From Candidatus Aegiribacteria sp. (lineage in GTDB: Bacteria; Fermentibacterota; Fermentibacteria; Fermentibacterales; JCC-6): a DNA stretch of 64,000 nucleotides. Under the pieces are notes generated by a model. That model searched no databases and had not been told where the DNA came from. It saw nothing but the letters and a program-made list of their open reading frames with translations. The translations under genes and the position numbers were made by a program. Location of the stretch: the NCBI GenBank assembly GCA_030594645.1, contig JAUVEU010000006.1, positions 1,921 to 65,920 of the forward strand, given 5' to 3'. How positions within the stretch are numbered: the stretch's first letter is position 1; every line of letters begins with the position of its first letter. Of the stretch, positions 56,873 through 64,000 are shown in pieces.

Positions 56873-58998
56873 TGGGCATCAGAATAGAAAGAATCAGTAT
56901 CAACCGTGGAGGTCCCCTCAAGAAGGATTTCGATATGAAACCCGCAGACCTGAACCTGATCTACGGGCATAATGAAACGGGAAAAACCTATGTTGTTGAA
57001 TCCCTGATTAAGTTCCTTTTCAACACCGGTAAGAATACACCCTGGATACTCAAAAGAACAAAAGACAAAGAATCAACCATCCGGGAGTGGGAACCCGCTG
57101 GCAAAATCACTGTTTCCGGACTTTCCAATGGAGCGACTGAATTCAATAAAACAGGAACGAAACTGGAGGATTACAGATACTCAGCCGCAAACCTTCCGCA
57201 GGATTTTTCCCGGCTTATGGTCATTCGTGCCGGAGATACAAAACTTTCGGATACAAGGGACGGTGTTGGAAGAGATGTTCTTAAAACCTTTCTTTCAGGA
57301 GAAGGAACTCTTGATCAGATTGAGAACAACATCAGCCAGACCATCAGAGAAGCTCATATCACCGAGGGTATCATAGAAGGTGCTTCAAGAGGACTGATAA
57401 AAAAGAGAAGCGAAATAGCGGAAGAAAATGTCCGCCTTTCCTCTTTAAGAAGTGAAATAGACGAGAACGCCTCACTTGGAACCATTAGTTCACTTAAGAA
57501 AGAGGAAATGAAGTTCAGGAAAGATATCAGTGAACTTGAGAAGGCAAAGCGCCATTATGCTCTGAATTCGGAGACAAAGCTTCAGCAGCTTAAAATGGAA
57601 AATGACAATCGGCCCACGGAAAAAGATCTGCAGCAGCAGGAGACCGACATTAATATCCTCCGCGAAAAATACACAGGCATATCAAGCAGGGAAGACAAGC
57701 TGAAAGAATTCAGAAAAAGCGAGGATGACTATAAGTGGATAACCACCGCGAATGAAATCTACCGCGGAATCATGGAAAAACAGTCAAAACGGCCGAAGAT
57801 CAATATGATCCTCATGATAGTGATACTCGCTTTCCTTGCGGTTGCCGTTGCCGGGAGCTTTTTCTACTGGCATCTTATGATCGGAGGCGCGGTCGGAGCA
57901 TTCTTAGTCGGGATCATTCGCGTATTGCTGGACCCTAAGACAGTTCCCCTCGCGGAAAAGGGTGAACAGAGAAAAATTGAGCATGAATTCCAGAAAAGAT
58001 TCAGCAGCGACCTGACGGACTATGCAACGTTCAAGGTATTAACAGACGACCTTAAGAAACAGCATATCCTTGCGGAAGATCTTGCTCAGAACCTTCAGGA
58101 AGCAAATCGAGACATCGAAACAAGGAAAGAGCAGATATCAGATCGATTCAGATCAATGACCGGCAGCACTTCTTCGGAAGAGGAGTGGGACACCGTTATT
58201 AAGACGATCAAGGCTGAGAAGGCCGATCTTGAGAACAGGATAAGAGAGCTTGAGAATACTCTTACAAGATTGGATATTCCGAAGGAAGAGTATCTTGACA
58301 CCGCTGCAGAAGTGGAGTGGGATAACGAAGCCCTCAGACGCAAACATGATGAACTCACAATGACTGAAGCTAAGCTTACCATAGAAAAGCTCAGCCTTGA
58401 ATCTCTGAAATCCCGCCTGGCAGGCGAAACATCAGGAAACACCACCGATACATGGGAAGAACTCCTGACAGCGCTTGAATGCAAACAGGAAAAAATCGCG
58501 GAAGAGTACAGAGATATCACAGCGGAAATCCTGGCAAAAATCGAGATCTGTAAAACAATAAACGAATTCAGAAACAAGGAGAACGCAAGAATTAAATCAT
58601 CTCTTGTGTCGGAAGTACTCACAAAACCGCTCCTTGCGCTTACAAACCGTTACAGCGGAATGATTCTCACAGATGAGGGAAATCTCAACCTCATTTCGAA
58701 AAGCGGTGACGAATTTCCGCTTGAAACACTCAGCACCGGAGCCAGTGAACAGGTGCACTTAGCTCTTAGAACAGGTTTTGCAGAACTTGCGATGCAGCAG
58801 CCGGCGTTTCTCATTCTTGACGACGCCTTCCAGCACTCCGACTGGGATAGAAGAAAAAACCTCATCAGTCATACTCTGAGCATGATTAAAAAAGGCTGGC
58901 AGATCTTCTACTTCACCATGGATGATCACATCAAAGAACTGTTCATGGATGCGGGGAAAGATCTCAAGAAGAAATTCAAGTCAGTAGAGTTGAAGTAA
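56872..58998 (+). CDS. SMC/Rad50/SbcC-like ABC ATPase with a central two-helix transmembrane hairpin (YhaN-like)
   Basis: Walker A GHNETGKT. Long coiled coils flank MILMIVILAFLAVAVAGSFFYW and LMIGGAVGAFLVGIIRVLL (about 57800-57933). Signature LSTGASEQ and Walker B FLILDDAF. TGATG overlap with the upstream gene. No CxxC hook. Confidence 0.85.
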   Translation: MGIRIERISINRGGPLKKDFDMKPADLNLIYGHNETGKTYVVESLIKFLFNTGKNTPWILKRTKDKESTIREWEPAGKITVSGLSNGATEFNKTGTKLEDYRYSAANLPQDFSRLMVIRAGDTKLSDTRDGVGRDVLKTFLSGEGTLDQIENNISQTIREAHITEGIIEGASRGLIKKRSEIAEENVRLSSLRSEIDENASLGTISSLKKEEMKFRKDISELEKAKRHYALNSETKLQQLKMENDNRPTEKDLQQQETDINILREKYTGISSREDKLKEFRKSEDDYKWITTANEIYRGIMEKQSKRPKINMILMIVILAFLAVAVAGSFFYWHLMIGGAVGAFLVGIIRVLLDPKTVPLAEKGEQRKIEHEFQKRFSSDLTDYATFKVLTDDLKKQHILAEDLAQNLQEANRDIETRKEQISDRFRSMTGSTSSEEEWDTVIKTIKAEKADLENRIRELENTLTRLDIPKEEYLDTAAEVEWDNEALRRKHDELTMTEAKLTIEKLSLESLKSRLAGETSGNTTDTWEELLTALECKQEKIAEEYRDITAEILAKIEICKTINEFRNKENARIKSSLVSEVLTKPLLALTNRYSGMILTDEGNLNLISKSGDEFPLETLSTGASEQVHLALRTGFAELAMQQPAFLILDDAFQHSDWDRRKNLISHTLSMIKKGWQIFYFTMDDHIKELFMDAGKDLKKKFKSVELK

Positions 58999-59088
58999 AA
59001 ATAACACCAGTCTTTCTGAACATGGAATAACACTGGCATCAAGTAAGTATTATTATATCACAGGAATTTCACAGAATCAGGAGATGAC

Positions 59089-60657
59089 ATGAAAAAATTG
59101 CTTGGCTTTACCGCTGTTGTTCTTGTTTTATCTACAGGTTGCTCCAACAATGTTGCGAGTCCTGAAAATGACATAAGAAGCGCCCTGCCCGAGAAATCAC
59201 ATACCATAATCGATGCCTGGCCTGAAGCAGGTCAGGTGCTTTTCGCGGAAGGATGTCCTGTACAGCTCGACACCTATACCGCAGTACATAGTGTTTCCGG
59301 AAATGGCATACTGACAATAGATGTCAGAAGCCATGATTTTGATCCCGTTGCCGCTTTAATTGACAGCGATGGCAACCTGATAGCTTTTAATGACAACTGG
59401 AAGCTTTCAACCAATGCCCGTCTGGTGGTACAGAATATTCCCTCCGGAGCGAAACTGCTTGTTTTTTCTCCGGATGATTCCAGAGGATTGTACGATGTTC
59501 TTGTTAAAGAGGGTACGGAAAACGATCTTGAGGTATATCAGGAAGCCTCTGATTTTTCGGATGGCACAGTTACAGGCTGGATCGATGACAACAGATTCGA
59601 TTCTTACCTTGACAGAATTCTGAGGGAATCTTTTCAGGATGAAGTTTATGTCACGAACTATCCTCAGGCGAGGCTGTATCCATTTGAGCTGGACAGCTCT
59701 GGCCTTGTGTCTCTTTTTCTTGAATCCGATGATTTCGATCCGTTTCTTGTTCTGATGGAAGCCTATGACGGTACTTACAGTTTCATAGAGTCCAACGATG
59801 ATTACAGCGGTTCAAACTCCAGAATAGTCAGAGAACTTGAAGCAGGAAATTACATTGCCCTTGTTATGCCCTACTCCACTGGAAACAGCGGAAGGTTCTC
59901 GCTGGAACTTGAGATTCTGGGCGAGGAAGTCTTGCAGATACAGGAAGTGCAGGCCCTTGAACCCGCTACGGAATACACCTCAGAAATTGTGGAAAACCAG
60001 AATTTCGCTATGGGCTGGTGGCCTGAAATGAGGGACAACTGGGAGGTTCCGGGATTTCTTTCTCCTCTGTCTCCAGTTGCCGGGTTCGTATTTACAATTG
60101 AGAATGCTATGGTGTACGAAGTAAACGCTTCAAGTAATGTGGACGTATGCCTTACTCTGCTCAGAAGAGATGAAGACAGCAGCACTGAATTTGTCTCATC
60201 CAACGACGACTACGGCGATCTTGGTTCAAATTCAAGGATAGTTCAGCCTCTTCTTCCGGGTGAGTACATAGCTCTCGTATCACAGTACAGCGGCTCAAGC
60301 GGCTGTGAAGTAAGCTTCTCATACAGAGAAACAGAAGAAACGATCAATACCCTGAGACCGGGAATCGCAGTCTCAGAATACCTTTCATATGATATAGAAA
60401 GCCTCCTTTTTCAAGTAGATCTGCAGGAAGGATACAGCTATTCCATTTCCCTTGAAAGTGATGAACTGGATCCATTAATTACTTTGATACTGGCAGACGG
60501 ATACAGGCTTACCGATGATGACGGCGGTGATGGAACCAATTCGCTTCTTAATTTTACTGTCAATTCCGGTCAGGGTGGAAGCTGTTTCCTTATTGCTGAG
60601 AAATACTCAGGAGGAGAGGGCACATTCACAGTGAGGCTGGAGGAGACAGGCCGCTAG
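59089..60657 (+). CDS. Lipoprotein with four PPC-like repeat modules
   Basis: Lipobox VLSTGC|SN. Four modules with the pattern DxFDPxxxLxD..G......NDDY....NSRIV..L..G.Y...V......G.F.L. Confidence 0.8.
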   Translation: MKKLLGFTAVVLVLSTGCSNNVASPENDIRSALPEKSHTIIDAWPEAGQVLFAEGCPVQLDTYTAVHSVSGNGILTIDVRSHDFDPVAALIDSDGNLIAFNDNWKLSTNARLVVQNIPSGAKLLVFSPDDSRGLYDVLVKEGTENDLEVYQEASDFSDGTVTGWIDDNRFDSYLDRILRESFQDEVYVTNYPQARLYPFELDSSGLVSLFLESDDFDPFLVLMEAYDGTYSFIESNDDYSGSNSRIVRELEAGNYIALVMPYSTGNSGRFSLELEILGEEVLQIQEVQALEPATEYTSEIVENQNFAMGWWPEMRDNWEVPGFLSPLSPVAGFVFTIENAMVYEVNASSNVDVCLTLLRRDEDSSTEFVSSNDDYGDLGSNSRIVQPLLPGEYIALVSQYSGSSGCEVSFSYRETEETINTLRPGIAVSEYLSYDIESLLFQVDLQEGYSYSISLESDELDPLITLILADGYRLTDDDGGDGTNSLLNFTVNSGQGGSCFLIAEKYSGGEGTFTVRLEETGR

Positions 60658-60718
60658 CCTGGATTCATCACAGGTATTCGTCGCTGCAGTAGAGTATTTG
60701 TGATGAGTCCGGGCTAGC
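60653..60718 (+). other. Long hairpin (20-bp stem, 26-nt loop) covering the stop codon of 59089..60657
   Basis: gctagcctggattcatcaca ... tgtgatgagtccgggctagc gives 18 Watson-Crick plus 2 G.U pairs, followed by ttt. It is either a terminator or another palindromic repeat. Confidence 0.45.
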
Positions 60719-60737
60719 TTTCCGGGATAGCAGCAGG

Positions 60738-61802
60738 GTGAACAATAACATTATAAGATGCACGAGATGCATTCTTCCGGAGAACTATCCCGATATCGAT
60801 CTGGATAGCAGGGGAGTATGCCGGGTATGTCGCGAGTTCGATGCCAGGTATCTGAACATCGATTGGGCCGCTCGGGAGAAAAAACTCGCACGGATGCTGG
60901 ATCGCTACAGAGGGAAGGGCAGCAGTAAATATGATTGCCTGGTACCTTACAGCGGAGGAAAGGATTCCACCTATTCCCTGTGGCTTCTCAAGCAGAAGTA
61001 TGGAATGAATCCTCTCGCATTCAATGTTGATAACGGTTTTGCAGATGCTGGTGCTCAGATATTCATAAAGAAATGTACCGACAGACTTGGTATAGATCTG
61101 TACACATACAGCCCGCCCGGAGAATTCCTGAACAGAGTCTATGCTCACGCAATGCATAAAACAGGTGAATTCTGCACTGCCTGTGTTGTGCTTATCCCTA
61201 CTGCGATTTTCAGGACTGCTGACATCCACGGGATAAGACTTATCGCGGGGGGTTTCAGCGAGATGACGGAGGCACCCCCCCCTGAATACGCGAATATGGA
61301 CAGAGTTCGCTTCTGGAACATCATGAAGAGCGGATTCAGCAGGAAAGAGCTTGAGTGGGATTTCTTCTTTCCGAGCTGGAAAAGAATGTTCCGTATCAAG
61401 TACTTCAATCTGCCTGATTACATCAAGTGGGAACTTCCGGAAATAAATGCGACCCTTTCAAAAGAACTGGGATTCGAGAAAAAGGTTTCAGACATCAGGT
61501 ACGACTGTCTTGCTACTCCCCATTCGAATTTCCTGTTCAGACGCATTGCCGGTTTCAGCAAACTGGAGTTCCTCTATGCCAACATGGTCAGAGCAGGCTA
61601 TTTCGATCGTCAGGAGGCTTTGAAGATACTTGAAGAGCGTGAACCTGACGGCGTTCCCGATGGTTTTTTTGAATTCATGAACGGAATTGGATGTGACCGC
61701 TCCATTCTTGAACAGACAGAAGGCAGAAGTACCTTTGATTTTTCCTCCCGCAGGAGAAGCATCAGAAAACTGGCGATCCGAATAAGAAACATACTGCCCT
61801 GA
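60738..61802 (+). CDS. N-acetyl sugar amidotransferase-type PP-loop ATPase (WbpG/PseA-like), GTG start
   Basis: N-terminal Zn ribbon CTRCILP...CRVC. PP-loop DCLVPYSGGKDS. Confidence 0.85.
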   Translation: MNNNIIRCTRCILPENYPDIDLDSRGVCRVCREFDARYLNIDWAAREKKLARMLDRYRGKGSSKYDCLVPYSGGKDSTYSLWLLKQKYGMNPLAFNVDNGFADAGAQIFIKKCTDRLGIDLYTYSPPGEFLNRVYAHAMHKTGEFCTACVVLIPTAIFRTADIHGIRLIAGGFSEMTEAPPPEYANMDRVRFWNIMKSGFSRKELEWDFFFPSWKRMFRIKYFNLPDYIKWELPEINATLSKELGFEKKVSDIRYDCLATPHSNFLFRRIAGFSKLEFLYANMVRAGYFDRQEALKILEEREPDGVPDGFFEFMNGIGCDRSILEQTEGRSTFDFSSRRRSIRKLAIRIRNILP

Positions 61803-61898
61803 GTAAACCCGGATATTTTCTCTGTAACACATGGTTCTAGCTTCCTTCAGGCTGAAGATCATATTATTATCATTAGTATCCATGAAGGTAAGAATGAT

Positions 61899-63338
61899 AT
61901 GAAAGCAGCTCTTGTTTACCCGCGCTGGGATTGGGTTGAGTACAACGGACTGGCCGAACCTGTCGGGCTTCTGCAGCTGGTCAGCGCTCTGCGCGAAGGG
62001 GGACATAAGGTTACTTATCTTGATTACTCCTTCTGCGAATCTCTTGATGAACTCGATGACCAGGTAAAGGACTCAGATATGATCGGGGTTGCGGTCTCCG
62101 CTGCGGCGAAGCTCAGCCGCGCTGAAATCGTTACGACCCATCTCCGCAAGGTAAATCCTGGAGCTGTTTTCCTTGGCGGGGGTGCTTATCCGAGCATATT
62201 CCCCGAGCACACCTTGAATGCGATCTCATTCGATTATGTACTTGTAGGCGAGGCGGAAGAATCCATTGTTGAACTTGCCTCTGCCATCGATGCTGGAAAA
62301 GACACCTCCTCGATAAGCAATCTCGCTTTCAGGAATACTAACGGTGATATTGTAATCAACCCGCGAAGACATGTACCTTCTGACATTGATGTTCTGCCGT
62401 TCCCTGCAAGAGATGTGGTTGATTATGACGCGTATCTGCAGAACGGTATGCATGAATTTGGAGTTATCACTTCCCGTGGCTGCCCCTACAACTGCATGTA
62501 CTGCAAGCCGAGCACAGACAGAATATTCGGAGGCGGGATCCGCTTCAGGACCGCTGAGAATGTGGTTGAGGAATTGGCGGAACTGGCCCGTTTGAGGAAC
62601 ACCGATAATCTTCCCGTTTTCTTCAAGGATGATACGATCACACTTCATCCGACGGAGTGGTTTGAAGCCTTCAGGGATGGCTTGAAAAGGAGAAACCTGA
62701 AACTGAAGTGGCATTGCGCAACCAGGGTGGATACCGTTTCGCGAAGCAAACTGAAGGTCATGGCCGAGAGCGGATGTCACTGCATATCCTACGGAGTCGA
62801 AAGTGGAAGCCAGAGGATACTGGACTTTTACAGAAAAGGCACAACTCCCGAACAGGCAGTGTCAGCATTTGAATGGAGCCATGAATTCGGTATTGAAGCA
62901 ACTGCCATGCTGATGATAGGATGTCCGATGGAGACGGAGAGAGATCTTGAGGCAACATACTCTCTGCTCAGGAAGCTCAAACCGGATGATATTGTAGTAT
63001 ACTTTTCAACAGCTATCCCTGGGCGGGAAATCCACGACTGGGCAAAACGGGAAGGATACCTGACCGACGATATCAACGCCGAACTTTTTGATCCGGCGAG
63101 GAATCGTGCTTTTGAGGTTATGAATATGCGTCTGCCCTTTATGGACGTTGATGATGTTATTCATTGGAAACACAAGATCGAAAGGTATAGAAGCTGGAGA
63201 AAAGTCACAAGCATCGACAACATCCGAAAATGGATTGGTGACCTGATGCATGATCCGGCATCTGCAACCAGGAAAGCTGGACTGGTTCTTAGAGGATTCA
63301 GCGGTCGGAGAAGCAAACCCTGTAAGAGGACTGAATGA
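61899..63338 (+). CDS. Class-B (cobalamin-binding domain) radical SAM enzyme
   Basis: B12-binding-like N-domain (AALVYP...LVGEAE). TSRGCPYNCMYC cluster. 479 aa. It is a paralogue in architecture of 7580..8995. Confidence 0.9.
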   Translation: MKAALVYPRWDWVEYNGLAEPVGLLQLVSALREGGHKVTYLDYSFCESLDELDDQVKDSDMIGVAVSAAAKLSRAEIVTTHLRKVNPGAVFLGGGAYPSIFPEHTLNAISFDYVLVGEAEESIVELASAIDAGKDTSSISNLAFRNTNGDIVINPRRHVPSDIDVLPFPARDVVDYDAYLQNGMHEFGVITSRGCPYNCMYCKPSTDRIFGGGIRFRTAENVVEELAELARLRNTDNLPVFFKDDTITLHPTEWFEAFRDGLKRRNLKLKWHCATRVDTVSRSKLKVMAESGCHCISYGVESGSQRILDFYRKGTTPEQAVSAFEWSHEFGIEATAMLMIGCPMETERDLEATYSLLRKLKPDDIVVYFSTAIPGREIHDWAKREGYLTDDINAELFDPARNRAFEVMNMRLPFMDVDDVIHWKHKIERYRSWRKVTSIDNIRKWIGDLMHDPASATRKAGLVLRGFSGRRSKPCKRTE

Positions 63339-64000
63339 GCGATAGAGCCATGATCGCAGCTATAAACTGGAACGGCAGAGATTTCATCACCGGAATGGTT
63401 GATTCCCTTCTTCCACAGATGAAAGAAATGGAGACGAGGCTAATCGTTTTCGATAACGGATCCGAGGATGGTTCCGATTATCTCGTTGAGGAGAAGTACA
63501 GCCATACCGGAATGGTAGAGGTTTATCGCAACGGTGAGAATATCGGTTTCGGCAGGGCCGCCAACAGAATACTTGCAGATGCAGGATGTTCGACGGTTGT
63601 TCTGGTCAACACTGATACTGTTCTGCGGTCTCACTGTCTTCGGAATTTGCTGCTGTCTCTGGAATCCAGGCCCGATGTCGCTTTCGCAGGACCCAGGCTG
63701 CTGTGGCCTGACGGCACTCTGCAATCTTCCCAGCGTGATTTTCCTTTTGCAGGCAAGCTTCTGCTCGAACACATTCCGATTCTCCGGCAGCGCACAGCGA
63801 AATTTTCTACTCATGACAGAGGTAGATATGTAAACTGGCTTGTTGGAGCCATGATGGCCATCAGAGTGAATGCTTTCAATGAGATCGGCGGATTCGCGGA
63901 AGAGTTTTTCTTCTTCCATGAGGAAACAGATCTCCAGTACCGCCTTTGGGAGGCTGGATGGAAGGTTTGGTTCGAGCCTTCAGCAGAGGTGTTCCATCTT
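63335..64000 (+). CDS. Glycosyltransferase family 2, N-terminal 222 codons; runs off the window end
   Basis: Own translation: MSDRAMIAAINWNGRDFI...LIVFDNGSEDGS...NGENIGFGRAAN...VVLVNTDT...FFFHEETDLQYR. ATGA overlap with the radical SAM stop. Confidence 0.85.
   Translation, partial: MSDRAMIAAINWNGRDFITGMVDSLLPQMKEMETRLIVFDNGSEDGSDYLVEEKYSHTGMVEVYRNGENIGFGRAANRILADAGCSTVVLVNTDTVLRSHCLRNLLLSLESRPDVAFAGPRLLWPDGTLQSSQRDFPFAGKLLLEHIPILRQRTAKFSTHDRGRYVNWLVGAMMAIRVNAFNEIGGFAEEFFFFHEETDLQYRLWEAGWKVWFEPSAEVFHL

Noticed and set aside
1-64000. CRISPR arrays, tRNA, rRNA, tmRNA and prophage blocks
   Set aside because: I scanned the intergenic regions by eye and found no regularly spaced direct repeats, no tRNA-like T-arm/acceptor patterns and no rRNA-like stretches. 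A tRNAscan/Infernal run would be needed to exclude small RNAs formally.

Overview
This is a 64-kb chromosomal segment of a moderate-GC, probably uncultivated bacterium. Two secreted proteins end in T9SS-type C-terminal sorting domains. That suggests the Fibrobacteres-Chlorobi-Bacteroidetes radiation or a neighbouring candidate phylum, which is an inference. I support about 58 protein genes and saw no rRNA, tRNA or CRISPR array.

The backbone is housekeeping:
- uvrA (partial)
- dnaK-grpE-dnaJ
- metK behind a structured leader
- an EnvC-like gene, holB, a PSP1/RicT-like gene and metG
- aspS
- a tightly packed 11-gene string: ptb, rpiB, wecB, a transglutaminase-like gene, ribD, ribE, ribBA, ribH, nusB and a phosphoesterase
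- nfo

Interspersed with these are:
- Fermentation genes: buk translationally coupled to an acyl-CoA mutase large subunit, ptb, a lysine-aminotransferase-like gene and a class II aldolase.
- Envelope-glycan genes: two GT4s, a DUF2334-type gene, a methyltransferase, a pyruvyl transferase, a PP-loop amidotransferase, two class-B radical SAM enzymes and a GT2.
- Many signal-peptide proteins and lipoproteins of unknown function.

The most interesting signals are:
1. A repeat and mobile-DNA layer. It comprises a RayT-like HUH/Y1 transposase-HTH gene bracketed by perfect 19-bp inverted repeats, and a 127-bp MITE with related ends and the same subterminal hairpin arms. It also includes a dispersed REP-like hairpin family (GGGGACAYGCA-loop-TGCRTGTCCCC) and a 109-bp nested palindrome.
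2. A translationally coupled SbcD/Mre11-like phosphoesterase plus an SMC/Rad50-like ATPase. The coiled-coil apex of the ATPase is a two-helix membrane hairpin rather than a zinc hook.
3. An orphan DnaE2-like polymerase with a GAAC-N4-GTTT palindrome in its promoter, followed by a Walker-A-degenerate LonC-like protease.
4. A candidate SAM-responsive metK leader.
5. An acyl-CoA mutase with Gln at the substrate-specifying Tyr position.

None of these can be shown to be novel without database searches. Coordinates of short motifs were anchored to ORF-track coordinates but may be off by about 1 nt.
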